A program made the translations under genes and the position numbers. Source: Longimicrobiales bacterium (GTDB lineage: Bacteria > Gemmatimonadota > Gemmatimonadetes > Longimicrobiales > Gaopeijiaceae). Taken from it: 64,000 nt of DNA. The notes beneath the pieces are model-generated. The model did no database searches. It was not told the origin of the DNA and saw nothing but the letters and a program-made list of their open reading frames with translations. Within the stretch, counting starts at the first letter, position 1, and each line of letters starts with the position of its first letter. Shown here piece after piece: positions 55,267-64,000 of the stretch. The stretch lies in the NCBI GenBank assembly GCA_965238005.1, contig OZ250165.1, positions 128,001 to 192,000 on the forward strand, in the 5' to 3' direction.

Positions 55267-55357
55267 AGTGTCCCGTTGCCAAAGTGTCTCGGCCGGTCGA
55301 GGGCACGGTGCATCCGACCCTCTTGGTGTCTCGCGAACTTCGGAAACGGAACACTAG
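55265..55357. mobile_element. MITE-like repeat, copy 4 (inverted, internally deleted, 93 bp)
   Basis: Both TIRs kept; central 93 bp lost between two CGG microhomologies. Confidence 0.85.
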
Positions 55358-55364
55358 CCTGGGA

Positions 55365-55393
55365 AATATAGAAATCCGGAGAGGTCAGTTCAA
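55365..55393 (-). promoter_or_regulatory. Putative sigma70 promoter of rpmE-prfA-prmC
   Basis: TTGAAC-17 nt-TATATT. Confidence 0.6.
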
Positions 55394-56989
55394 GCCGGTC
55401 CTATTGCGTCCCGCGCCCGCCAGTAACACCAGCGTGACGACCAGCGCCGCCGGGCCGGCAACATCTCCGGTGCGTGTGTAGAGGGTCGTGACGTCGCTCG
55501 TGTAGACGGTGGCTTCCAGTACCTCCGGCTGGAAGAGCCTGGTCCGCCCGTACACCCGCCCGCGGGGGTCCACGAAGAGCGAGATACCCGTGTTCGCGGC
55601 CCGGGCGACGCCGACCCGGTTCTCGATGGCGCGCATGACCAAGTGAGCAGGGTGCTGCCAGAGCGCCGCCGTCCGTGAATACCACGGTTCCCGTCCGAAC
55701 CATGCGTCGTTGGTGAGGTTCACCAGCACGTTCGCTCCCTCCCGGCGGAAGCGTCGAGCGTGCCCGGGGTAGGCGGACTCGAAGCAGATGAGCGTCCCGA
55801 TTCGAGCTCCGCTTCTAGTCGACCCCAGCGGCCAGCCCTCCCCTCGTTCGTACTGGCCGAATGCCTGCCCGCTCTCCACCCACGTGGCGGGCACCAAGGG
55901 CACCCGCTCCACCAGGGGGACTAGGCGATGCTTGTCGTAGCGAAAGCCGGTGAGGACCCCGTCGGCCGACGTGAGGAAGGCCGAGTTGAACTGCACCGAC
56001 GGCCGCGCGCCCTCGCTCCCCTGACCGATGGCCCCGAACAGAACCGGAGCGCCCCACCGCTCCGCGACCCCGAGCACCCGCCGTCGCAGCTCTTCATCCA
56101 CCTCGACCGGCCCCAGGATCGTGGCCTCGGGCCATATCACGAGCTCGGGAGGGGGCTCCCGGAGCGTCGGCCCCGACCTTTGGACGCCCGGCGGGATCTC
56201 CTCGGGCTCGGGAGCTAGCCTTTCAAGCGCTGCCAGCGTGCTGTCGATCGCGCTTCTAGGGTCCAGCTTCACCGGCTCGGGAACATTGGGCTGCACCACG
56301 ACGACGTGGCCGATGGCCCGTACCGGCAGTGTGGCCGCACGCCAGTAGCCCCACCCGGCCGGGACAGCCAGAACGATGGAGAAGGCGGCGGCCCAGGCCA
56401 AGGCCTTGCGCATGCCGAGCTCACCACGGGCGGCGAGGACCGCCTCGGCCAGTAGCCCGTTCAGGACCGCCAGCCAGAGGGTGACGCCGCGAGCCCCCAC
56501 CAGCTCGGCCGACCCGACCAGCTCGGGATACGCCGTGAGCGAGGTCCCGAGACCCAACCAGGGGAAGGCCAACCCGCCCGGTGCGTGCGCCCGCAGCCAC
56601 TCCAGGGCCGTCCAGGCCAGCGGAAGGGCAAGCCACAACGGAATTCCACCCCGACGCACCATCCGGTGAAGTGCCCAGGCGAAGGAGCCGGCGCCCAACC
56701 CGAGAGCCGACACCACAGCCAGGTACGCGGGGATCGCCCACCAGGTGAACCACACGAGGGCGATTGCGATCCAGTGGAGGAGAAGCCCGAAGTACAGGAG
56801 ACCGAACCAGACTCCACCTCGGAATGCCTCCCCCGGCGCACTCCCGTCGCTCCCGCGGTCGACGATCCAGACCGCGAGAGGGACGAGGGCTACGAACGAC
56901 GGGATCAACAGATGGAGCGGTGGAAACGCGCTGACGAGGAGTACTGCGGAGACGGCGGGAACCAGGCGGTCCCCGGGCCCGGGGATCAC
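55385..56989 (-). CDS. lnt: Apolipoprotein N-acyltransferase
   Basis: Multi-TM N-terminus, FPW..LG, VQPN; triad motifs WPE, YDKHRLVP, ICFE; NDAWFG, QH, RAIE, RAANTGIS. Confidence 0.95.
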   Translation of the reverse strand: MIPGPGDRLVPAVSAVLLVSAFPPLHLLIPSFVALVPLAVWIVDRGSDGSAPGEAFRGGVWFGLLYFGLLLHWIAIALVWFTWWAIPAYLAVVSALGLGAGSFAWALHRMVRRGGIPLWLALPLAWTALEWLRAHAPGGLAFPWLGLGTSLTAYPELVGSAELVGARGVTLWLAVLNGLLAEAVLAARGELGMRKALAWAAAFSIVLAVPAGWGYWRAATLPVRAIGHVVVVQPNVPEPVKLDPRSAIDSTLAALERLAPEPEEIPPGVQRSGPTLREPPPELVIWPEATILGPVEVDEELRRRVLGVAERWGAPVLFGAIGQGSEGARPSVQFNSAFLTSADGVLTGFRYDKHRLVPLVERVPLVPATWVESGQAFGQYERGEGWPLGSTRSGARIGTLICFESAYPGHARRFRREGANVLVNLTNDAWFGREPWYSRTAALWQHPAHLVMRAIENRVGVARAANTGISLFVDPRGRVYGRTRLFQPEVLEATVYTSDVTTLYTRTGDVAGPAALVVTLVLLAGAGRNRTGLN

Positions 56990-58278
56990 TCCCCTGCCGG
57001 TGGCCACGCCCTGAGCACTCCCCAGGCGAGCCCGAGGTGGGCAGGTAGTGCCAGGGCCAGAATCTCCCCGTTGACCTGATCCAGACCGGGCAGCACCTGC
57101 AGGGCGAGCCCGGCCACGCCCAGCGCGGCGACAGTGACAGCGGCGCGCCCAGTCCACACGCGCCCCTTCCCCGTGGCGGCCAGGAGGAGCATAGCAGAGA
57201 GTACCAGAGACACCGGGTTGGCCTGGAAGGCGTTCTCGTTCAACCCCAAGAAGAAGTGATCCGTGAAGAACCACGAGAGCAGCAGCGCCGAACCCAGGAG
57301 TCCAACGATGAGGCTCCACCCCCCGCCCGCCAGCGCCAGGAGCCATGCCGCCCAGCGCTTGCCTCTTCCGGCCATCCATCCGGAGATGGCGAAGAGACCC
57401 CCGAACACGGCCCCCGTCAGGAGGAACCCGACGAGCTTGTTGGGAGCGCTGCTCGGGACGGGCCCCCGGCGGGCATCCACGACCTGCACGGCCGGCCCCA
57501 GAAGCGGCACGTCCTCACCTTCGAACGTCGGTGCCCGCACCTCCTCGAGCTGGCGCTGGAGCGGGAGGGGCAGGAACATCTCGTCCCACACCGAGATGGG
57601 CTCGTCCGCGCGGTTGCCCATGACGAACTGGATGCCCGCGTAGGGCGCCAGCACCGGCCCTAGCAGCCGGGCCGTGTGCCACCGGTAGGTAGTGCCCGTC
57701 TCCAGTCCCTCCGTCGCCGCCCGGATCCGTCCGCCCAAGACACGGTCGAGAGCATCCCGGACGCGGGTGGAGCAGTTGTCCCGATAGTAGTCGTATCGGT
57801 AGTAGCGGTTGGCCTCGGTATCCGTCTCGCGGACATGTGCCTGGAGCTCGAGTCGCTGGCCCGGGGTTAAGTTGACCCGTTGGAGCCAGACGCTGCGATT
57901 CACGCGCCGATAGGACTCGATCATGTCTGCGGACCGGTACCCGGCCATCCAGTAGCGCATGCGGCCCCGGAGCAGACGTGGGATGAAGTCCGACTGATTG
58001 AATTCGAACATGCCCCAGTTGTAGGCGATCTCGGTCCCCGCCCGGCCGTCTCGGATGACCAGAGCGTTGTGGCTGAAGCGCTCCCAGATGGCATCGCCCG
58101 GGCCCATGGTCATGAGGAACACTTCGAGATGCGAGCCCAGGACTGGCGCGGAGGCGGAGTCAGCCTCCGCCTGTGGGAGGACCTCTGCGCGGAGGGGAGC
58201 GTGGAGTCCGGCGGCCCCAAGCGTCACGGCCACAAAGAGGACGCATGCGAGCCCCCGCGGCTCCTCAGCCTTCGCCAA
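56986..58278 (-). CDS. DUF4105-domain membrane protein, Lnb-like putative lipoprotein N-acyltransferase
   Basis: Signal peptide; LMTMGPGD..WERFSHNAL, YNWGMF, YRYDYYRDNCSTRVRD, MFLP..L; about five C-terminal TM helices incl. FTDH. Confidence 0.8.
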   Translation of the reverse strand: MAKAEEPRGLACVLFVAVTLGAAGLHAPLRAEVLPQAEADSASAPVLGSHLEVFLMTMGPGDAIWERFSHNALVIRDGRAGTEIAYNWGMFEFNQSDFIPRLLRGRMRYWMAGYRSADMIESYRRVNRSVWLQRVNLTPGQRLELQAHVRETDTEANRYYRYDYYRDNCSTRVRDALDRVLGGRIRAATEGLETGTTYRWHTARLLGPVLAPYAGIQFVMGNRADEPISVWDEMFLPLPLQRQLEEVRAPTFEGEDVPLLGPAVQVVDARRGPVPSSAPNKLVGFLLTGAVFGGLFAISGWMAGRGKRWAAWLLALAGGGWSLIVGLLGSALLLSWFFTDHFFLGLNENAFQANPVSLVLSAMLLLAATGKGRVWTGRAAVTVAALGVAGLALQVLPGLDQVNGEILALALPAHLGLAWGVLRAWPPAGE

Positions 58279-59290
58279 GTCGTACCTCCTGCCCCTGCTC
58301 CGCCGATCGGTACACGGCCTGCATGACCTCCATCAGATGGACCTGCTCCGTAGGAAACGGCAGGTCGCACTCACCCGCCACCGCCCTGACGAACTGATCC
58401 AGCAGCCTCCGGTAGGCGTTCGTGAAGGGATTCTCACCCCCCCGTGGCTTGGGCTGCCGCGGCGTCACGTCCATGGGCCGGCCGCCCAGCTGCTTCTGGA
58501 TCTCCAGGGGGGGCATAGAGCCCGATCCGTCGGTCCCCATGACCCGGGCGTAAGTGCGATCGGCATCGGCGAACAGGCTCCGGCTCGCCTCGACGCTGAA
58601 GACCGTGCCGGAGTCGGCCACGGCGAAGACGCTGGCCGCGTCCTCCACGGAGTCGTCTCCTTTCTGGAACACAGCCGAGACTCTGGTGATTTGTGGATAC
58701 CCCACCAGCCAGAATGCAAGATCCAGGATCTGGACGCCCAGGTCCATGAGTGCCCCACCCCCCCGCTCCGGCTTCTGGCGCCACGTCGAGCGCACGGACG
58801 GGGTCTTCCGCGTGAGGGAGCTCGCACGCACCGCGTAGATGTCGCCAAGCTCGCCGCCGGCCACGAAGGACGCCAGAGCTCCTGCGTCGGGGCGGAACCG
58901 GTGATTCATCCCGACGGCGAGACAGCGTCCGACAGAGTCGGCCACGTCCAGGACCCGCTGCACCCCCTCGGGAGTGAGCGCGAGGGGCCGCTCCACGAGG
59001 ACGTGCTTCCCGGCCTCGAGAGCTGCGATGGCCAGCGTCTCGTGGAGGTGGTTGGGCGCGCAGATCACGGCGGCCTGGATGTCCTCGTCCTGAACCAGCT
59101 CCTGGTCGGAGAGGACCTTCGGCACATCGAAGCGGTTGGCGAGGGCGTCGGCCTTGGGCCGGTCCGCGTCGGCGAGGGCGACGACGTCGGCGTCTTCCCG
59201 CTCGGAGAGGATGGGGAGGTAGACGATCTGGCTGATGGCGCCGACGCCCAGAACTCCGACCTGGATCGGGTCGGGCTCCGATCCGAACAT
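58265..59290 (-). CDS. Gfo/Idh/MocA-family oxidoreductase
   Basis: GVGAI, PNHLH, ALEAGKHVLVERP, RF.P, GGGALMDLGV. Confidence 0.9.
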   Translation of the reverse strand: MFGSEPDPIQVGVLGVGAISQIVYLPILSEREDADVVALADADRPKADALANRFDVPKVLSDQELVQDEDIQAAVICAPNHLHETLAIAALEAGKHVLVERPLALTPEGVQRVLDVADSVGRCLAVGMNHRFRPDAGALASFVAGGELGDIYAVRASSLTRKTPSVRSTWRQKPERGGGALMDLGVQILDLAFWLVGYPQITRVSAVFQKGDDSVEDAASVFAVADSGTVFSVEASRSLFADADRTYARVMGTDGSGSMPPLEIQKQLGGRPMDVTPRQPKPRGGENPFTNAYRRLLDQFVRAVAGECDLPFPTEQVHLMEVMQAVYRSAEQGQEVRLGEG

Positions 59291-59964
59291 CAGCGTGCCT
59301 CACCTTGGACGAGCTCGCCCCAGATGTAGCTGAGGCCGAAGCGGAGCTCTACATAGCGCAGGTCTCCGAGCACCTCGAACTTGCTTCCTCCGTAGAGCCG
59401 GAATCGATCCGTGACCGGATACTCCAGGCCTCCATGCACGTTGAAGCCCGCCGAGACGGAGTCCAGTAGGTCCTCGACAAACGTGCCGTTCACGGCCGGC
59501 CCCGATCCGTTCAAGAAGTGGGTCGAGACGCCGACCCCGGTCCAGAGGAAGAGGTCGAGAGGCACAGACCACATGTAGTGCCCGTCCACGCTGATGACCA
59601 CGTCGTCCCGGTCGATGGACCCGAGGTCGAACCCTCCCGGCGGAGCCGTGCCACCCTGGATGGCATTCAGCGCTGCCAGACGCGCCTCGAAATCGTTCAC
59701 CTCGTCTTGGGCCATGCGAGACGTCCAGAAGGCCACACCGGGAACGATCCGGAAGCCCGGGCCGAGAAAGCCGAGATCGAACCGGAGCGCGAAGATCTCC
59801 GTGTTCTCCACGTTGTTGGCGAAGATGTACCCGCCCTCGGCCAGAACCCCTCGGAAGGAGAGGTTCGCGTAATCGTAGTCCGCCAGCTCCTGACTTCCCG
59901 CGCCCGCGGGGGCGAGGATCACCACTGCTGCCAACGCCAACTTCCACATCGCATCCGTCCTCAT
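59290..59964 (-). CDS. Exported protein, probable outer-membrane beta-barrel
   Basis: Signal peptide, alternating hydrophobic strands, C-terminal ELRFGLSYIW. Confidence 0.6.
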   Translation of the reverse strand: MRTDAMWKLALAAVVILAPAGAGSQELADYDYANLSFRGVLAEGGYIFANNVENTEIFALRFDLGFLGPGFRIVPGVAFWTSRMAQDEVNDFEARLAALNAIQGGTAPPGGFDLGSIDRDDVVISVDGHYMWSVPLDLFLWTGVGVSTHFLNGSGPAVNGTFVEDLLDSVSAGFNVHGGLEYPVTDRFRLYGGSKFEVLGDLRYVELRFGLSYIWGELVQGEAR

Positions 59965-60053
59965 CAGGACCTCACCTCCCTAGTCATACGTGCGCGTGAA
60001 TCCTCGAAAAGGCCTGTGCGCGACCCACTGTACTCCTTCAACAGGCCTCTCAG

Positions 60054-61337
60054 TCAGCCGACCTCCAGCGCCGCCTCCCGAACCGCCTCCAGGGTCTCGT
60101 CGATGACGTCCGGCGTGTGGGCGGTGGACAGGAAGCCGGCCTCGAACGGGGATGGAGCAAGAAACACGCCTCGATCGAGGCACGCCCGGTGGAAGAGTCG
60201 GAACTTGTCGGTATCCGCGCCTTGAGCGTCCTCGAAGGAGTGGACGGCCCCCCCGCGGAAGAAAACACCCCACATGGACCCCACGGAGCTTCCGGTAGCC
60301 GGTATTCCCGCATCCTCCAGGGCCGACACCACACCCTTCGCCAGGCGGCTCGCGGCAGCCTCCAGGTCCCGGAAGGGGTCGTGGGTCTCGAGGTATGCGA
60401 GCTGGGCGCCACCGGCCGCCGTGGCCAGGGGATTCCCCGAAAGGGTCCCGGCCTGATAGACGGGTCCGGCGGGAGCCACCTGTTCCATGATGTCGCGGCG
60501 GCCGCCGAACGCACCCACGGGCAGACCGCCCCCGATGACCTTCCCCAGCGTGGTGAGGTCCGGAAGGACGTCGTAGCGCTCCTGTGCCCCACCCATGGCG
60601 ACCCGGAAGCCGGTCATGACCTCGTCGAAGACGAGAAGGGCACCGTGTCGCTCCGTAACCGAGCGCAGCCCTTCCAGGAATCCGTCCACCGGGGGGATCA
60701 GACCCGAGTTACCCACCACGGGCTCCACGAACACGCTGGAGATCTCTTCTCCCCGGGCAGCGAAGAGCTCCTCCGCGGCGACCAGGTCGTTGAAGGGCAG
60801 CACCGCCGTGTGGGACGCCGCCGCCGCCGGAACGCCGGGCGAGTCGGGGAGGCCCAGCGTCGCCACACCGCTCCCCGCAGCCACCAGAAAGGCGTCGGCG
60901 TGGCCGTGGTAGCATCCGGAGAACTTGAGGGCGACGTCCCGTCCGGTGGCGGCCCGGGCCAGGCGAAGGGCGCTCATGGTGGCCTCGGTACCACTGTTCA
61001 CCAGGCGCACCATCTCGACCCCCGGCACCAAGCGCACGATTCGCTCCGCCAGGTCGACTTCGGCGGCCGTCGGGGCTCCGTACGAGGTGCCGCGGTGGAG
61101 CTGGTCGGCCACCGCTTCAATGACCACTGGATGGGCGTGCCCCAGGATGAGGGGCCCCCAGCTCAGGACGTAGTCCATGTAGCGACGTCCCTCGGTGTCG
61201 TACAGGTAAGGGCCCTCACCGCGCTCCACGAAGAACGGCGTGCTCCCGACCGAACGGAAGGACCGCACCGGAGAGTTGACCCCCCCGGGGATCAGCTCCT
61301 GGGCGCGCCGCCAGAGTGCGTCGGAAACGCCCGTCAC
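60054..61337 (-). CDS. hemL: Glutamate-1-semialdehyde 2,1-aminomutase
   Basis: PGGVNSPVR, SGTEATM, CYHGH, FDEVMTGFR, GKVIGGG, GTLSGNP. Confidence 0.97.
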   Translation of the reverse strand: MTGVSDALWRRAQELIPGGVNSPVRSFRSVGSTPFFVERGEGPYLYDTEGRRYMDYVLSWGPLILGHAHPVVIEAVADQLHRGTSYGAPTAAEVDLAERIVRLVPGVEMVRLVNSGTEATMSALRLARAATGRDVALKFSGCYHGHADAFLVAAGSGVATLGLPDSPGVPAAAASHTAVLPFNDLVAAEELFAARGEEISSVFVEPVVGNSGLIPPVDGFLEGLRSVTERHGALLVFDEVMTGFRVAMGGAQERYDVLPDLTTLGKVIGGGLPVGAFGGRRDIMEQVAPAGPVYQAGTLSGNPLATAAGGAQLAYLETHDPFRDLEAAASRLAKGVVSALEDAGIPATGSSVGSMWGVFFRGGAVHSFEDAQGADTDKFRLFHRACLDRGVFLAPSPFEAGFLSTAHTPDVIDETLEAVREAALEVG

Positions 61338-62812
61338 GCCGACACGGACCGACCGATGAGGTCGTACTCCAGGGCGTCCACGATCTCCACTGTGACGATC
61401 TCACCCGGCTTCAGTCCTGGGTCCGGGTGCAGGTGTGTGACGCCGTCCACGTCGAGGGCTTGCCCCACGGTCCGCGCGACCCCGACCGGCCGACCCCGGG
61501 CGGCATCGCCCAGGGGACCCGGATCGTCCACGACGTCGTCGATCAGCGCCTGGATCCGGCGCCCCACCAGCTCTGCGTTCCGCTCCGCCGAGATCATGCG
61601 CTGAAGATCCATGACCTCCTCCAGTCTCTCTCGCATGAGGGAATCGGGTACTTGATCGGGCATCTCGGCGGCGGGGGTACCGTCTTCCACGGAGTACGTG
61701 AACGCTCCGACCCGATCGAAGCGGATCTCTTCCAGAAGATCCAGCATTTCCCGAAAGTCGCCGTCGGTCTCTCCGGGGAATCCGACGATCACTGTCGTGC
61801 GGAGGGTGAGGTCGGGGACCATGTCCCGGAGCCAGGCCACGCGCTCCCGGATGATGCTCCGGCGCTCCGGCCTCCTCATGGCCTCCAGAATGCGATCGCT
61901 GCCGTGCTGGAGCGGCATGTCCAGGTACGGGAGGATGGCCTCCTCCTCCGCCATGAGCTCCACGACCTCGGGGGTGATGCCGGACGGATACATGTAGAAG
62001 AGGCGATACCAGAGCACGTCGGTGTCGTGGACGAGGGCTCGGAGGAGCTCCGGAAGGAGCGGAGCGGAACGGTCCTTGCGCCACAGATCGCGTCCGTACC
62101 ACGTGGTGTCCTGGGAGATGATGTTGAGCTCCTTCACGCCCTGGCGGGCTAGGGCCTGCGCCTCGGCCACCAGCTCCTCCAGCGGGGCCGAACGGTGAAG
62201 CCCTCGAAAGCTCGGGATGGCACAGAACGCGCACGTGTGGTCGCACCCTTCGCTGATCTTCAGGAACGACGTGTGCGGCGTCTCGGTCGACAGGATCCTG
62301 AGGGGTTGTTCCATGTTGGGAACGGCCTCGGGCACCTCGGCGAGGAGGCCGCGGTCGCGTAGCTCCGGCACCAGGGAGGCCATCTCCGTGAGACCGAGGA
62401 AGAGGTCCACCTCGGGGATCTCCGACTGGAGCTCCTCCTTGTAGCGCTGCACCATGCATCCCACGGCCACCACCGCCCGTATGCTGCCCTCCTCCTTGAG
62501 CTGGCACGCCTCCAGGATCGTCTCGATGGACTGCTCCTTGGCCGCCTCGATGAACCCGCACGTGTTCACCACCACCACGTCGGAGCCCTCCACGTCCGAG
62601 GAGACCCGGGCGCCGTGTCCCACCAGCGCGGCCATCATCTTCTCGGAGTCCACGGTGTTCTTGTCGCACCCGAGAGTCACCAGACCGATGCGCGGTCCGT
62701 CCTCGGGACCGACGGGATCGATGTCCAGGCGGACCGCCTCGACGTCCGGCGCCACATCGGTCCGTATGGGGTCCGGCGACAGAGGGAAGACCGGGAGTTC
62801 CCTCGTCCTCAT
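61334..62812 (-). CDS. rimO: Ribosomal protein S12 methylthiotransferase
   Basis: LGCDKN.VDSE, NTCGFI, EGCDHTCAFC, SQDTT.YG, C-terminal TRAM domain. Confidence 0.95.
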   Translation of the reverse strand: MRTRELPVFPLSPDPIRTDVAPDVEAVRLDIDPVGPEDGPRIGLVTLGCDKNTVDSEKMMAALVGHGARVSSDVEGSDVVVVNTCGFIEAAKEQSIETILEACQLKEEGSIRAVVAVGCMVQRYKEELQSEIPEVDLFLGLTEMASLVPELRDRGLLAEVPEAVPNMEQPLRILSTETPHTSFLKISEGCDHTCAFCAIPSFRGLHRSAPLEELVAEAQALARQGVKELNIISQDTTWYGRDLWRKDRSAPLLPELLRALVHDTDVLWYRLFYMYPSGITPEVVELMAEEEAILPYLDMPLQHGSDRILEAMRRPERRSIIRERVAWLRDMVPDLTLRTTVIVGFPGETDGDFREMLDLLEEIRFDRVGAFTYSVEDGTPAAEMPDQVPDSLMRERLEEVMDLQRMISAERNAELVGRRIQALIDDVVDDPGPLGDAARGRPVGVARTVGQALDVDGVTHLHPDPGLKPGEIVTVEIVDALEYDLIGRSVSA

Positions 62813-63471
62813 CGCGTCATCACCCGGGCGCCCGGCGGTGGCACGAAGCGAAACTCGTCGTCGGACACCTCGACGTCCACCCGGATGTCCGTGAGGCGCA
62901 CCCGCCGGATGGACTCGTTGGCGTCGTGGACGTCTATGCCCGTGATCAGATCGCTCTCGGCATCGATCCACACCACGGCCGAACGGAATCCCGCCGCCTC
63001 CCGCGGGGTGACGGTGAGCTTGTGAGACGGCCTCGCGTCCATCTCCTCGATTCCCTGGTAGGTGGCGTCGAACCGGCCTCGCGGGTCCTCGAGGAGGTTC
63101 TTGAAGAAGTTGAAGCGACCTTCAGCACCCGTGGCAGCGAAGCGCATCACCTGCTTGGCGTCCATGCTCGGATAGAAGGTCCAGAGGAATTCGCCGTCCA
63201 CCACCACCAGGTCCCCCTCGGGGTCGCTGAAGCGCATGGAGAACTCATCAGGCTGGCGCTGGCAGATCGTGCCCTCGCCGGACCGGCTCTCTCCGAGAAG
63301 CGTGACCTCGATCTCCTGGTGGAACCGGGCACAGAGCGTCTCCAGCCCCCAGAAGCGCTCTGCCGCGGCCTCCAGGACCTCGTAGGCCCGCTCGTCCTGG
63401 GCGGGAAGCCCGACCGGCACCGCGGCGCCGACGACTTCCGCCACGAGGAGCACGGGCAGGATGATGTGCAT
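62809..63471 (-). CDS. lolA: Outer-membrane lipoprotein carrier LolA family
   Basis: Signal peptide, A.F.Q, VVDGEFLW.F.P...QV, C-terminal F.FVPP.GA; start uncertain. Confidence 0.82.
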   Translation of the reverse strand: MHIILPVLLVAEVVGAAVPVGLPAQDERAYEVLEAAAERFWGLETLCARFHQEIEVTLLGESRSGEGTICQRQPDEFSMRFSDPEGDLVVVDGEFLWTFYPSMDAKQVMRFAATGAEGRFNFFKNLLEDPRGRFDATYQGIEEMDARPSHKLTVTPREAAGFRSAVVWIDAESDLITGIDVHDANESIRRVRLTDIRVDVEVSDDEFRFVPPPGARVMTR

Positions 63472-63573
63472 GCGGTCTCGGCATCGGGCGGGACGCTGGA
63501 GACGTGGTGAGGGGCGTGGCTCCGTCATGCGCCGTCCATACCCGTTGGGCATCGGGGCCGTTCCTAGATGCTT

Positions 63574-64000
63574 CTAGATCCCTTGGCTCGAGCAGATGGC
63601 GTCGAGCTCGTCGAGACCCACGAGGACCTCCCTCGCCTTGGAGCCCTCGGACGGGCCCAGGATCCCCGCGTCGTGAAGCTGATCCACGATCCTCGCGGCC
63701 CGGCCATAGCCGATCTTCAGGCGGCGCTGGAGGAGCGACGTGGAGCCCTGGTCATGCTGGATGCACACCTCGCCGGCCGCCCGGAAGAGCTCGTCCCAGT
63801 CCGACGGTCCGTCCCCCCCTACGGCCGACTCGGCGGCCTCCTCCAGCTCGTGGCTCCGGATCTGCTCGAGGATGTTCGACTCGTCATCCCGCACGGCTTC
63901 GTCGAAGTCCTGATTCCGAAGCTCCACCTGGTCCCGGTACCAGCCCATCATACGATCCGTCTCGGGTGTGGAGATGTAGGCTCCCTGGATGCGCACGGGC
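63574..64000 (-). CDS. ftsK: DNA translocase FtsK, C-terminal part (partial)
   Basis: RIQGAYIS and gamma domain STSLLQRRLKIGYGRAARIVDQL. Confidence 0.93.
   Translation of the reverse strand, partial: PVRIQGAYISTPETDRMMGWYRDQVELRNQDFDEAVRDDESNILEQIRSHELEEAAESAVGGDGPSDWDELFRAAGEVCIQHDQGSTSLLQRRLKIGYGRAARIVDQLHDAGILGPSEGSKAREVLVGLDELDAICSSQGI

Overview
High-GC bacterial chromosome segment, almost all housekeeping genes. About 65 CDS, only two on the + strand, with many 4-nt stop/start overlaps. The gene set suggests a diderm bacterium, most likely Gemmatimonadota (inference, no search run). Core blocks, in transcription order: ftsK-lolA-rimO-hemL; beta-barrel-Gfo/Idh/MocA-DUF4105(Lnb-like)-lnt; rpmE-prfA-prmC; ylbF-like, CDP-alcohol phosphotransferase, ino1, tmk, ctpA; obgE-dprA-hemW-hrcA-dnaJ-prmA; yqeY-mutS2-dnaG(frameshifted)-Zn ribbon-recJ-rsmD-coaD-pta; an RsbV/W/U-like module; rsmA; rex-exonuclease-thiolase-hbd-acyl-CoA DH-Leu DH-glyA; nnr-thiL-plsC-eno-ftsB; tRNA-Met; tilS-hpt-ftsH-dacA; exbB-exbD-exbD. 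Most notable: (1) a DUF4105/Lnb-type gene translationally coupled to a classical lnt, i.e. two unrelated lipoprotein N-acyltransferase types in tandem; (2) four copies of a 186-bp TA-flanked, hairpin-forming MITE-like element placed at stop codons or a predicted transcription start; (3) a perfect Rex operator on the promoter of an acyl-CoA operon; (4) an inositol-lipid gene pair; (5) a frameshifted dnaG and a pure (GAA)25 tract; (6) a decayed YVTN gene beside tRNA-Met. No CRISPR array, transposase or integrase was seen. All calls come from reading motifs by eye, and many starts were trimmed from the ORF track.
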